The position numbers were made by a program, and so were the translations under genes. Below are positions 47,697 to 57,463 of a DNA stretch of 64,000 bases, piece after piece. Below the pieces are notes generated by a model, which was not told the DNA's origin, searched no databases, and saw only the letters and a list, made by a program, of their open reading frames with translations. The DNA comes from an uncultured Gemmatimonadaceae bacterium (GTDB lineage Bacteria > Gemmatimonadota > Gemmatimonadetes > Gemmatimonadales > Gemmatimonadaceae). Each line of letters starts with the position of its first letter. Position 1 is the stretch's first letter. The DNA is taken from assembly GCA_963761305.1 (NCBI GenBank), contig CAVXGK010000002.1:512001-576000 (forward strand), read 5' to 3'.

Positions 47697-48059
47697 ATGC
47701 CTCGTGCCGTATCGAACGTTCCGCGCCTGAAGCGGAAGAAACAGATCATGAAGGCCGCGCGCGGCGCTTTTGGCGCGCGCAGCAAGCTGTGGCGTCCGGC
47801 GAAGGACAACGTCGAGCGCGGATGGAAGTACGCCTATCGCGATCGCAAGAACAAAAAGCGCGACTTCCGCAAGCTCTGGATCACCCGCATCAACGCCGGG
47901 GCCCACCAGAACGACATGAATTACAACACGCTCATGAACGGCCTGAAGCTGGCAGGGATCGAAGTGAACCGAAAGATCCTCGCCGATCTCGCCGTGCACG
48001 ATCCCGAAGCGTTTACCGCGCTCGCCGTCAAGGCGCGCTCCGCGTTGAACGCAGCGTAA
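47697..48059 (+). CDS. rplT: 50S ribosomal protein L20
   Basis: YAYRDRKNKKRDFRKLWITRINA, NRKILADLA. Confidence 0.98.
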   Translation: MPRAVSNVPRLKRKKQIMKAARGAFGARSKLWRPAKDNVERGWKYAYRDRKNKKRDFRKLWITRINAGAHQNDMNYNTLMNGLKLAGIEVNRKILADLAVHDPEAFTALAVKARSALNAA

Positions 48060-48075
48060 GGTCTCGCTCTTCACT

Positions 48076-48115
48076 CGACGGCGGCAGCGCGACCTCGGTC
48101 GTTCTGCCGCCGTCG
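48076..48115 (+). terminator. Strong hairpin downstream of rplT (no U-tract)
   Basis: CGACGGCGGCAG / CTGCCGCCGTCG 12-bp stem with inner CGACC/GGTCG. Confidence 0.55.
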
Positions 48116-48124
48116 TCGCATTGT

Positions 48125-48166
48125 CGGTGGACCGGTGGACCGGTGGACCGGTGGACCGGTCGACCG
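48125..48166. repeat. 8-bp tandem repeat (CGGTGGAC)x4 plus one variant unit
   Basis: cggtggac cggtggac cggtggac cggtggac cggtcgac cg, upstream of pheS. Confidence 0.92.
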
Positions 48167-48197
48167 CTCGAGCCCTCAGCACTACATCCCGATCTCG

Positions 48198-49226
48198 ATG
48201 GATCTCAACGACTACCTGGCCGACGCCGACAACGTCGAACGAGAAGGGGCGACCGCCCTCGCGAGCGCCGCTGATGCCGACGCCCTCGAGGCGGCGCGCA
48301 TCGCCGTGCTCGGCGACCGGCACGGCCAGGTCAAGGCGCTGCAGGAAAGTCTCAAGGCGATCGCCAAGACCGACAAGCCGGCGGCGGGAAAGCGGTTCAA
48401 CGAGGTCCGTACGCGGCTCGAAGCCTTGCACACCGAACGCAAATCCGCGCTCGACCGAGCGCGCGACGGCGCCAAGGCTGAAGACCTCACCCTGCCCGCG
48501 CGGCGGCAATGGCGCGGCGCCAAGCATCCGGTCACCATCGTCAACGAGGAGATCGAAGCGATCTTCCGCGAGCTCGGGTTCACGATCGCGACGGGGCCCG
48601 AGGCCGAGACGGAGTGGTACAACTTCGGCGCGCTGAACTTTCCGCCGAATCATCCCGCGCTCGACGCACACGACACGCTCTACCTCGAGGGCGGTGGCGT
48701 ACTGCGCACGCATACGTCGCCGGTGCAGATCCGCACGCTCCAGTCGTATCCGCCGCCGATCCGCGTGCTCATCCCGGGCACCGTGTATCGCCGCGACTTC
48801 TTCGACGCGTCGCACGCACCGGCGTTCCCGCAGATCGAAGGCCTGTGTGTCGACGAAGGCATCAGCTTCGTCGACCTCAAGTCGGTTCTCAACCGATTCG
48901 CCGAGCGCTTTTTCGGCGCGTCGCGCACGCGATTCCGTCCGTCGTACTTCCCGTTCACCGAGCCGTCGGCCGAGATGGACGTGCAGTGCGGCGTGTGCGG
49001 CGGCACCGGCTGCGCGGTGTGCAAGGGAACCGGTTGGATCGAGATCCTCGGCTCCGGCATGGTGCATCCCTCGGTGCTCGAGGCGTGCGGTGTCGACAGC
49101 GAGCGATACACCGGCTGGGCGTTCGGCATGGGACCGGCGCGCATCGCCGTGAGTCGCTACGGCATTCCCGACATCAGACTCCTCTACGATTCGGACGTGC
49201 GCTTCCTGGAGCAGGTCTCCGAATGA
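48198..49226 (+). CDS. pheS: Phenylalanine--tRNA ligase alpha subunit
   Basis: LRTHTSPVQIR, FRPSYFPFTEPS, WIEILGSGMVHP, AFGMG. Confidence 0.98.
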   Translation: MDLNDYLADADNVEREGATALASAADADALEAARIAVLGDRHGQVKALQESLKAIAKTDKPAAGKRFNEVRTRLEALHTERKSALDRARDGAKAEDLTLPARRQWRGAKHPVTIVNEEIEAIFRELGFTIATGPEAETEWYNFGALNFPPNHPALDAHDTLYLEGGGVLRTHTSPVQIRTLQSYPPPIRVLIPGTVYRRDFFDASHAPAFPQIEGLCVDEGISFVDLKSVLNRFAERFFGASRTRFRPSYFPFTEPSAEMDVQCGVCGGTGCAVCKGTGWIEILGSGMVHPSVLEACGVDSERYTGWAFGMGPARIAVSRYGIPDIRLLYDSDVRFLEQVSE

Positions 49227-51721
49227 ACGTCTCGTACGAGTGGCTCAAGGCGTTCGTTCCCTTCGAGCAGTCGCCCGGCGAGCTGCGTGAGCTCATCACG
49301 TCGCACGTGGCGACGGTCGACGAGCTGATCGCGTTGCGGCAGGAGCTGGCGCCATTCGTGATCGCGCGCGTCGTCGAGGAAACGGCGCACCCGGATTCGG
49401 ATCACCTGCACGTGACGCGCGTCGACATGGGCACCGGCACGTTGCTCGACGTCGTGTGCGGCGCGCCCAACGTGCGCGCGGGAAAGCTCTATCCCTTCGC
49501 GCCGACGGGCACCATGATGCCGAGCGGCCTGACGATCCAGAAGCGGAAGATCCGCGGCGCGATCTCGGACGGCATGCTCTGCTCGGCGCGCGAGCTCGGA
49601 CTCGGCGACGAGCAGGACGGCATCCTCGAGTTGAACATCGACGTCGCGCCGGGCACGCCGCTGTTGCGCGCGCTCCCGCTCGGCGACACGCAGCTGGTGA
49701 TCGACGTCGGCGCGAATCGACCGGACTTGCTCTCGCATCTCGGCATCGCACGCGAAGTCGCCGCGCTCACCAAGAAGCTGCTCGCCCTGCCGGCGATCGA
49801 GAACCTTGGCGCGTCGGTGCCGCCGGCTGTGCGCGGCGAGGACTCCGGCCGGGCCGACGATCTCTCCGTCCGCGTGGCCGAGCCGGGACTGGTGCATCGC
49901 TTCATGGGCGTCGTGATTCGCGGCGTGAAGGTCGGACCGAGTCCGTCGTGGCTGGTGAAACGCCTCGAGTCGGTCGGCTCGCGGTCGATCAACAACGTGG
50001 TGGACGCGAGCAACTATGTGCTCCACGAGCTCGGACAGCCGACGCACGCGTTCGACCTGTCGAAGCTAGGCGGAGGTTCGCTCATCGTGCGACGGGCCGC
50101 GGCCGGCGAACGCATCACGACGCTCGACGGCGTGGACCGCGCGCTCCGAGACGACATGATCGTCATCGCCGACGCGCAACGCCCGCAGGCGGTCGCCGGC
50201 GTAATGGGCGGCCGCGACAGCGAAGTCACCGAGGCGACGACCGACATTTTTCTCGAGGTCGCGAACTTCGATCGCGGCCGCGTTCGCGCGGCACGTCGCG
50301 CGCTCGGGCTCTCCACGGACGCGAGCTACCGGTTCGAGCGCGGCGTGGACGTCGAGCTCGGACCCAAAGCGCTCGAGCGCGTGGCACTGATCGTCACGTT
50401 GCTCGCCGGCGGAAGCGTCGCCGGCGCGCCGGTGGATCTCGCCGGGCCGTCGGCCAAGCCGGAGAAGAGACCCAGCATCGCTGTGCGCCCGTCGCGCGTG
50501 TCGGCCGTGCTCGGCTCGACGATCGGCGGCGGCGAGGTCGAGACGCTGCTCCGAAGCGTCGGGTTCGACGTTCAGCTCGCCGCGGACCACCTCAAGGTCA
50601 CGTCCCCGTCGTGGCGGCAGGACGTGTCTGCGGAGGTCGATCTCATCGAGGAGGTCGCGCGCTTGCGCGGCTACGACAGCTTCCCCCTCGAGATTCGCCC
50701 GTTCAGAGCCGGGACGGTGCCCGACGATCCGTCGTGGATCACCTCCAAGCGCGTGCGCGATGCGCTCGTCGGCGCCGGGATGCTCGAGCTTCGGCCGATG
50801 CCGTTCGTCGCGGGCGGCGAAGGGTTCGTGCGCGTCACGAACCCGCTGGCTGAGAACGAGGCATATCTCCGGCGCAGCGTGCTCGACTCGCTCGCGCGCC
50901 GCGCCGAGTACAACCTGGCGCGCATGCAGGGGAATCTGCGCCTGTTCGAGATCGGGTCGGCGTTCGAAGCGGGCGGCGGACGTCTTCCGCTCGAGGAGCT
51001 TCGCGTGGGCGCGCTCGTGATGGGGCGGCGGCAACCGCCGCACTTCACCGATCCCAAGTCCAATGACTTCGCCGCCTGGGCGGCGTACGACGAGTGGGAC
51101 GCGAAAGCGCTCGCGAGCACCATCGCGCGTGCGGTGTTTCCGGGCGGTACGATCGGCATTTTGGCGAGCGACGCCAACGACGGCGACAGCGCAGTCTCGC
51201 GCCTGACCGGCGGGGCCGACTCGAGCGTGCTGTGGACGGTGAATGTCGACGGGCGGAAGGTGGGCGTGGTGCGACGTCTCGAGTTGGACGCACCCGTTTG
51301 GGCGGCGCCGGCGTTTGGCGTCGAGGTGTCGCTCGGCGTGATGTCGTCAGATGACGTGGCGCCGGTGGGGAAGTCGGCATACCGAGCAGCGGAGAAGCCG
51401 CGGCAACTCGGGCATCGCTTCACGGCGCTGCCGTCGATGCCGGCCTCCGAGTTCGACCTCGCGCTTTCAGTGCCCGACGGCGTGCAGGCCGAGCAGGTCG
51501 AGACCGTCATGCGACGCGTGTCGGGCAAGCTCCTCGAAAGCGTAGAATTATTCGACCGCTATGTTGGCGCTGGAGTTGAACCTGGGTATCGCAGCCTCGC
51601 GTGGAGGTTGACGTTCCGCCATTCGGAGCGCACTCTACGGGATCGCGAGTTGGACGCACGCCGCTCCGAAATCCTTCGCGCCCTGGCCGACGAGCTCAAT
51701 GTCAGACAACGAGCCACTTGA
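49223..51721 (+). CDS. pheT: Phenylalanine--tRNA ligase beta subunit
   Basis: VVCGAPN, SDGMLCS, NRPDLLS, GQPTHAFD, RFERGVD, DLIEEVAR, C-terminal FDX-ACB; ATGA overlap with pheS. Confidence 0.97.
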   Translation: MNVSYEWLKAFVPFEQSPGELRELITSHVATVDELIALRQELAPFVIARVVEETAHPDSDHLHVTRVDMGTGTLLDVVCGAPNVRAGKLYPFAPTGTMMPSGLTIQKRKIRGAISDGMLCSARELGLGDEQDGILELNIDVAPGTPLLRALPLGDTQLVIDVGANRPDLLSHLGIAREVAALTKKLLALPAIENLGASVPPAVRGEDSGRADDLSVRVAEPGLVHRFMGVVIRGVKVGPSPSWLVKRLESVGSRSINNVVDASNYVLHELGQPTHAFDLSKLGGGSLIVRRAAAGERITTLDGVDRALRDDMIVIADAQRPQAVAGVMGGRDSEVTEATTDIFLEVANFDRGRVRAARRALGLSTDASYRFERGVDVELGPKALERVALIVTLLAGGSVAGAPVDLAGPSAKPEKRPSIAVRPSRVSAVLGSTIGGGEVETLLRSVGFDVQLAADHLKVTSPSWRQDVSAEVDLIEEVARLRGYDSFPLEIRPFRAGTVPDDPSWITSKRVRDALVGAGMLELRPMPFVAGGEGFVRVTNPLAENEAYLRRSVLDSLARRAEYNLARMQGNLRLFEIGSAFEAGGGRLPLEELRVGALVMGRRQPPHFTDPKSNDFAAWAAYDEWDAKALASTIARAVFPGGTIGILASDANDGDSAVSRLTGGADSSVLWTVNVDGRKVGVVRRLELDAPVWAAPAFGVEVSLGVMSSDDVAPVGKSAYRAAEKPRQLGHRFTALPSMPASEFDLALSVPDGVQAEQVETVMRRVSGKLLESVELFDRYVGAGVEPGYRSLAWRLTFRHSERTLRDRELDARRSEILRALADELNVRQRAT

Positions 51722-51998
51722 ATCGCAAGCGGTCGCCGAGCTGGACCAACTCGTTCGGCATCTCGCCGACGAGTTGGCGGCCTTTCGCCGACGCGCGCTG
51801 ACGGCGGAGTCGAGACTCAAAGAGGTCGAGAGTCAGGACGGCGGCGCGATCGCCCTCGACCTGTCGAGCAGAGTGACGACCCTCGAGCGCGAGAACGAAC
51901 GGCTGCAGAACCGGCTCGACGAGGCCACGGCCCGCGCGAAGCAGATGCTCGAGCGGGTCCGGTTCCTTCGCCAGCAAGCTCGCGGGGGTGAGCGATGA
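51699..51998 (+). CDS. Coiled-coil protein, ZapB-like
   Basis: Heptad pattern LERENERLQNRL; lies between pheT and zapA. Confidence 0.7.
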   Translation: MSDNEPLESQAVAELDQLVRHLADELAAFRRRALTAESRLKEVESQDGGAIALDLSSRVTTLERENERLQNRLDEATARAKQMLERVRFLRQQARGGER

Positions 51999-52294
51999 GC
52001 GCCAAGAAAAACACGACACGCGTCACGATCCTCAACGAGGAGTACGCGATCCGCACCGACACGGCGCCCGAGCACGCGCACGCGGTCGCCGAATACCTCG
52101 ACTCGGCAATCCGCCGGATTCTGGGCAGCGGCGCCGTCGTCGAGTCGAACCGCGCCATCGTGCTCGCCGCGCTCCAGGTCACCGGCGAATTGTTCGACGC
52201 GCGCGCTTCACTCGACGCGACGAATCAGTCGATCACGGATTTGAGCGAATTCGTGCGGCCGCTGCTTCCGCCGGCGAAACGCGCGCACGGTTAG
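51995..52294 (+). CDS. zapA: Cell division protein ZapA
   Basis: VTILNEEYAI, VAEYLD, IVLAALQV; pheT-zapA-rny context. Confidence 0.88.
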   Translation: MSAKKNTTRVTILNEEYAIRTDTAPEHAHAVAEYLDSAIRRILGSGAVVESNRAIVLAALQVTGELFDARASLDATNQSITDLSEFVRPLLPPAKRAHG

Positions 52295-52358
52295 ACGCCG
52301 GTGGCACGGCGGGCGCGGCTTCATTGCCTTTTGCTGCGAGAACCCATAGCTTAGCGCT

Positions 52359-52490
52359 CACAAGCCGAGCTGGCCCGTAGGTCCAAGCGCGCTCTGTGTT
52401 TAGCGGAGCCCACGTGATGCCCTTCGTCGGTATCGCGCCGGATTCGCCGCCTCACGGCAAGAGTGCGCTGGCGGGACAGCCGTGGTTTTA
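52359..52490 (+). ncRNA. ssrS: 6S RNA (SsrS)-like
   Basis: Canonical position after zapA; promoter TTGCCT-N17-TAGCTT (52324-52352); rod fold GCTGGCCCG/CGGGACAGC, AGCGCGCTCT/AGAGTGCGCT, central bubble, apical CGTGATGCC/GGTATCGCG; ends approximate. Confidence 0.7.
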
Positions 52491-52531
52491 CCGCATCCGC
52501 GGACCACCCCGCGGTGGAGCATAGATTCCAT

Positions 52532-54115
52532 ATGAACGTGTACGCGATCATTGCCGCGCTTGGCACTCTCCTCGTTGCCGCGCCGGCTTTTTTCATTTCT
52601 GGCCGGTCGCGAGGCCGCGGCGCGGAGCGCCAACGCCAAGCCGACGCGAAGGCCACTGCCGAGGAGACCTCGAAACGCATCGTCGGCGAGGCTGAACGAG
52701 ACGCGGACAACCTCCGAAAAACCGCCGTCGTCACCGGCAAGGAAGAAGTGATCCGCCTTCGCGAGAGCTTCGAGAAGGAGGTTCGCGGGCGCCGGGAGGA
52801 GGTCGAGCGCGAAGAGCGGCGCGTGTCGGAGCGTGACACCGTGCTCGACCGCAAGTTCGATCTGCTCGAGCAGCGGGACAAAGAGCTGGGCAAGCGCGCC
52901 AGCGATTTCGGTCGACGAGAAAAATCCGTCGCCGAGCGCGAGCAGGAACTGGAGAAGATGGTCGGCGAGGAGCGCCGCCGTCTGGAGCAGATGGCCGGCA
53001 TGTCCGCGCAGGACGCCAAGAACGAGCTGCTGCGGCGGATGGAGGAAGAGGCGCAGGCCGACGCCGCCAACCGGATTCGCGAGATCCGCGAAAGCGCCAA
53101 GCGAAACGCCGAGCGCGAGGCGAAGAAGATCGTCGCCCTCGCCATCCAGCGCATCGCCGCCGACCACACAGCGGAAACGACCGTCTCGGCCGTTTCACTG
53201 CCGAACGACGAGATGAAGGGGCGGATCATCGGCCGCGAAGGGCGAAACATCCGGGCGTTCGAGTTGGCCACGGGTGTCGACGTGATCATCGACGATACGC
53301 CGGACACCGTCGTGGTGTCCTGTTTCGATCCCGTCCGCCGCGAGATCGCGAGGCTGGCTCTCGAAAAGCTCGTGTCCGACGGCCGAATTCATCCGGGCCG
53401 GATCGAGGAAGTCGTCAACAAGTCGCGCAAGGAAGTCGACACGCAGATCACGGAAACGGGCGAGCAGGCGGCCTACGATTCCGGCGTGCACGGACTTCAT
53501 CCCGAGCTGGTGAAGCTCGTTGGACGTATGCGCTGGCGAACGAGTTACGGGCAGAACATCCTGCAACACTCGAAGGAAGTCGCGTGGCTCGCCGGCATCA
53601 TGGCCACCGAGCTCGGCCTCGACATCAGCATGGCGCGGCGCGGCGCACTACTGCACGACGTCGGCAAGGTTCTGACGCACGAACACGAAGGCACGCACGT
53701 CCAGCTTGGGGTCGAGGTCGCGACGAAGTACGGCGAGCATCCGCTGGTCGTGAACTGCATCGCGGCGCATCACGACGACGTCCCGCACGAGAGCGAGATC
53801 TCGGTGCTCGTGCAGGCGGCCGACGCGATCTCCGGGTCACGGCCGGGCGCGCGGCGCGAGGCGTTCGAGACGTATGTCAAGCGACTCGAGGGTCTCGAGC
53901 GTATCGCCTCCAGCTACAAGGGCGTCGAGAAGGTCTTCGCCATCCAGGCGGGGCGAGAAGTTCGTGTCATCGTGCTGCCGGACGACGTGGATGACGCGCG
54001 CATGACGACGATGTCCGAAGAGATCGCGCGGCGCATCGAAGCCGAGTTGCAGTACCCGGGACAGATCAAGGTCGTGTTGATTCGCGAAACGAGGGCCGTG
54101 GACTTTGCACGCTGA
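52532..54115 (+). CDS. rny: Ribonuclease Y
   Basis: N-terminal TM, coiled coil, [39 protein letters not shown]. Confidence 0.98.
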   Translation: MNVYAIIAALGTLLVAAPAFFISGRSRGRGAERQRQADAKATAEETSKRIVGEAERDADNLRKTAVVTGKEEVIRLRESFEKEVRGRREEVEREERRVSERDTVLDRKFDLLEQRDKELGKRASDFGRREKSVAEREQELEKMVGEERRRLEQMAGMSAQDAKNELLRRMEEEAQADAANRIREIRESAKRNAEREAKKIVALAIQRIAADHTAETTVSAVSLPNDEMKGRIIGREGRNIRAFELATGVDVIIDDTPDTVVVSCFDPVRREIARLALEKLVSDGRIHPGRIEEVVNKSRKEVDTQITETGEQAAYDSGVHGLHPELVKLVGRMRWRTSYGQNILQHSKEVAWLAGIMATELGLDISMARRGALLHDVGKVLTHEHEGTHVQLGVEVATKYGEHPLVVNCIAAHHDDVPHESEISVLVQAADAISGSRPGARREAFETYVKRLEGLERIASSYKGVEKVFAIQAGREVRVIVLPDDVDDARMTTMSEEIARRIEAELQYPGQIKVVLIRETRAVDFAR

Positions 54116-54134
54116 ACCAGCGGTCGCTTCGGCG

Positions 54135-55031
54135 ATGGACAACAAGCTCGACAACAAACTCATCGACGGCGCGGCCCTCGCCGCCAAGATGCAGGCGGAG
54201 GTGGCCGTCCGCGTCGCCGCGCTGCGCGCAAAGGGCGTGACGCCCGGCCTCACCGTCGTTCTCATCGGCGACGATCCGGCGAGCGCCGTGTATGTCGGCG
54301 CCAAGGAACGCACGTGCAACGAGCTTGGAATGCGCGGCGAGACGATTCGCCTTCCGGCGTCGACGAGCCAGTCCGAGCTCGTGGCGATCGTCGATCGGTT
54401 GAACGCCGATCCCGCGGTGCACGGAATCCTCGTCCAGATGCCGTTGCCCAAGGGCATCGACCCCGACGAGATCGTGCGCCGAATTCGCCCCGACAAGGAC
54501 GTCGACGGCTTTCATCCCGTGAACGTGGGCAAGCTGTCGATCGGCGAGCGTGACGGATTCGCGCCGTGTACGCCCTCCGGCGTGTTGTACATGTTGCAGT
54601 CGTACGGTGTGAAGACGGCCGGCGCGGAATGCGTGATCATCGGCCGGAGCAACATCGTCGGCAAACCGATGGTGGCGCTGATGGTTCAGCCGGGCGTCGA
54701 CTCAACGGTCACGGTGTGCCACAGCCGCACGCGGGATCTCGCGGCCCACACGCGCGAGGCGGACATTCTCATCGTCGCGGCGGGTCGGGCCGAGATGGTC
54801 ACCGGCGACATGGTGAAGCCGGGGGCCGTGGTGATCGACGTCGGCGTGAATCGAATTCCCGACGCCACCAAGAAGTCGGGCACGCGGCTCGTCGGCGACG
54901 TGGCGTTCGAGTCGGCGCGCGAAGTCGCGTCGCTCATCACGCCGGTGCCGGGCGGGGTCGGGAAGATGACGATCGCGATGCTGATGTCGAACACGGTGAA
55001 AGCCGCTGAGCAGTTGGGAGCGACGGGATGA
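54135..55031 (+). CDS. folD: Methylenetetrahydrofolate dehydrogenase/cyclohydrolase
   Basis: [32 protein letters not shown]. Confidence 0.98.
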   Translation: MDNKLDNKLIDGAALAAKMQAEVAVRVAALRAKGVTPGLTVVLIGDDPASAVYVGAKERTCNELGMRGETIRLPASTSQSELVAIVDRLNADPAVHGILVQMPLPKGIDPDEIVRRIRPDKDVDGFHPVNVGKLSIGERDGFAPCTPSGVLYMLQSYGVKTAGAECVIIGRSNIVGKPMVALMVQPGVDSTVTVCHSRTRDLAAHTREADILIVAAGRAEMVTGDMVKPGAVVIDVGVNRIPDATKKSGTRLVGDVAFESAREVASLITPVPGGVGKMTIAMLMSNTVKAAEQLGATG

Positions 55032-56320
55032 CTCCGCGGCGTCCCGCCCGCGGTGCCGAAGGCGAAGGCGGCGACCTCGATCTGTTTCCGGCGCCGCCCT
55101 CGGAGCCGCGCGAGCGCACACCATCGCCGGCGCCGTCGGTGCCCGCCGTCGCCGCCGCACCAGCTCGATATCCGGGCGAGACGGCGCAAAGCGCGATCAC
55201 GATCGGAACGCTAACTGAAACTGCTCGGGAGCTGTTGGAAGGCGCCTTCATACCGCTCTGGATTCGCGGCGAGGTCGGCGACTTCAAGGCCCACCGCAAC
55301 GGCCATTGGTACTTCACGCTGCGCGACCGGACGTCGCAGATCCGCGCCGTCGTGTGGAATCGCGACCAACGCCGAATCGCGGCGCCGCCCGATGACGGCA
55401 TGCAAGTCGTCGCGTTCGGCAGACCGACGGTTTACCCGGCGCGCGGAGAGCTGCAGTTCACCATCGTCAAGCTCGACGCCGAAGGCGACGGGCTGCGTCG
55501 CAAAGCGCTCGAGCGGACGCGCCAACGCCTCGAGGCCGACGGCTTGCTCGCACCCGAGCGCAAGCGACAGCTCCCACGATTTCCGCGCGTGATCGCGGTC
55601 GTCACCAGTCCCGACGGCGCGGCGCTGCACGACATCGTGGCCGTCGTGCGCCGGCGGCAGGCGGTCGTACGGTTGGTCGTCGTTCCCGCCGCGGTCCAAG
55701 GCGATTCGGCGCGCGTCGAGCTGTGCGCGGCGTTGCGACGCGTCTCCAACTGGGGCCGCGCCGACGTCGTCATCATTTCGCGCGGCGGCGGCGCGAAGGA
55801 GGACCTCTCCGTCTTCAACGACGAGAAGGTGGCGCGCGCCGTTGCGGCGTGTCCGGTGCCCATCATCTCCGCCGTCGGACACGAGATCGACGTCTGCATG
55901 TGCGACCTGGTCGCCGACGTTCGAGCGCCGACGCCAAGCGCCGCGGCCGAAGCCGCGACGCGCTCGCGCGCCGAGCTCGAAGCCGAACTGCGGCGCATCG
56001 GGACGCGACTCACGACCGGTGCGCAATCGGCGATGCGCGCGCGGCGCGATCGGCTGCGGCACACGGGGCGGGATCTGGCCGGTGCGGGTGAAGGCGTCGT
56101 CTCTGCGCACAAGAACGCGATTCGATCGGTGGCGGGCCGTCTCAACGCACTGAGTCCTCTCGCCACGCTCGCCCGCGGCTACGCGGTTCCGCGCGACCTC
56201 GCCGGCGCAACGCTCACGTCCGTCGATGCGTTCGCCGACGGTATGTCGTTCGACCTCGTCGTGCGCGATGGCGTCGTTCCGTCGGTCGTGCGCGGCTCGC
56301 CGATCGAGAAGCCGCAATGA
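55028..56320 (+). CDS. xseA: Exodeoxyribonuclease VII large subunit
   Basis: [56 protein letters not shown]. Confidence 0.96.
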   Translation: MTPRRPARGAEGEGGDLDLFPAPPSEPRERTPSPAPSVPAVAAAPARYPGETAQSAITIGTLTETARELLEGAFIPLWIRGEVGDFKAHRNGHWYFTLRDRTSQIRAVVWNRDQRRIAAPPDDGMQVVAFGRPTVYPARGELQFTIVKLDAEGDGLRRKALERTRQRLEADGLLAPERKRQLPRFPRVIAVVTSPDGAALHDIVAVVRRRQAVVRLVVVPAAVQGDSARVELCAALRRVSNWGRADVVIISRGGGAKEDLSVFNDEKVARAVAACPVPIISAVGHEIDVCMCDLVADVRAPTPSAAAEAATRSRAELEAELRRIGTRLTTGAQSAMRARRDRLRHTGRDLAGAGEGVVSAHKNAIRSVAGRLNALSPLATLARGYAVPRDLAGATLTSVDAFADGMSFDLVVRDGVVPSVVRGSPIEKPQ

Positions 56321-56529
56321 CGTTCGAAAAACGTCTGGCGCGGCTCGAAGCGATCGTGGCGCAACTCGAACGCGAGGGCGTCGATCTGGCGCAGGCGTTG
56401 GCGCTGTTCGAAGAGGGCGTCGAGCATCTGCGTGCCGCCACCGCGGATCTCGCCAACGCCGAAGCGACCGTGCACCGGCTCGTGGAGCGCGCCGATGGGA
56501 CGTTCGATGTCGTCGATCGGCGTGAGTGA
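56317..56529 (+). CDS. xseB: Exodeoxyribonuclease VII small subunit
   Basis: [24 protein letters not shown]. Confidence 0.95.
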   Translation: MTFEKRLARLEAIVAQLEREGVDLAQALALFEEGVEHLRAATADLANAEATVHRLVERADGTFDVVDRRE

Positions 56530-57424
56530 GCGGCCCCCCGCGGTGGTCGACTGGGCGCCGCAACGCTCGGCGATAGACCGCGAGCTGGCCGACCTGTGCG
56601 ACCGCTTCGCCGGAGAGCTTGGCCCGCGACTCGCCGAGACCGTACGATACGCGCTGCTCGGCGGCGGAAAACGGCTGCGCGGTCTGTTACTCGTCGCCGC
56701 GTATAAGAGCGCCGGTGGGACGAAAGACGCCGCGGCACTCGCGGCGAGTGTGGAAGTCGTCCACGCCTACTCGCTCATTCACGACGACCTGCCGTGCATG
56801 GACGACGACGACATCCGTCGCGGACGTCCGACGGCACACAAGGCGTTCGGCGTGCGCACGGCGACGGTGGCCGGCGTGGCGATGGTTCCCGTCGCCGCGC
56901 TCACCGCATTCCGTGCGGCCGGCGACCTCGGGCTGTCCGAGAGCGAGCGCGCAGCGATCACGCAGGAATTGATGCGTGCGTCGGGTGCCGGTGGAATGAT
57001 CGGCGGGCAACTGCTCGACCTCGACGCCGAGGGAAGCGATCCGACGTTGGCGGACCTCGAGCGCATACACCGCGCAAAGACCGGCGCGCTCATTCGCGCG
57101 TCGGTCGTCATTGGCGGGCTGGCGGCGCACGCATCGCCGGCGAAACTCGCGGCGCTCGCCGAATACGGCGAGTCGATCGGCCTGGCGTTCCAGATCGCCG
57201 ACGACGTGCTCGACGTCACGGCGACGACCGACCGCCTCGGGAAGACGGCGGGACGCGACCTCGATCTGTCAAAAGGGACCTATCCGCGCATGCTCGGCGT
57301 CGCGGGGGCCGAGCGGCGGGCGGTGGAGCTCGTCGCGCAGGCATGCGACGCCCTCCGGCGCGAAAACCTGCTCACCGACGAGCTCGAAGCCTTGGCGCGC
57401 TTTGCGGTCGAGCGCGCTTCGTAG
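56522..57424 (+). CDS. ispA: Short-chain polyprenyl (farnesyl) diphosphate synthase
   Basis: GGKRLR, FARM YSLIHDDLPCMDDDDIRRG, GGQLLD, KT, SARM FQIADDVLD. Confidence 0.93.
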   Translation: MSERPPAVVDWAPQRSAIDRELADLCDRFAGELGPRLAETVRYALLGGGKRLRGLLLVAAYKSAGGTKDAAALAASVEVVHAYSLIHDDLPCMDDDDIRRGRPTAHKAFGVRTATVAGVAMVPVAALTAFRAAGDLGLSESERAAITQELMRASGAGGMIGGQLLDLDAEGSDPTLADLERIHRAKTGALIRASVVIGGLAAHASPAKLAALAEYGESIGLAFQIADDVLDVTATTDRLGKTAGRDLDLSKGTYPRMLGVAGAERRAVELVAQACDALRRENLLTDELEALARFAVERAS

Positions 57425-57463
57425 CCCGTCGCTAATTTTGAGAGCGACAATGCTCACTCACCC

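Noticed and set aside
48125..48166. Possible CRISPR or iteron array
   Set aside because: Contiguous 8-bp units with no spacers, and no cas or rep genes nearby
48060..48197. T-box or Phe leader peptide upstream of pheS
   Set aside because: The region is short, with no T-box consensus and no Phe-rich uORF
52351..52375. CIRCE-like half site TTAGCGCTC
   Set aside because: The right arm is absent at 9-nt spacing; the sequence is better explained as the -10 and start of the 6S-like RNA
54138..54161. 12-bp duplication at the folD start (DNKL-DNKL)
   Set aside because: In-frame micro-duplication in a variable N-terminus with no evident consequence
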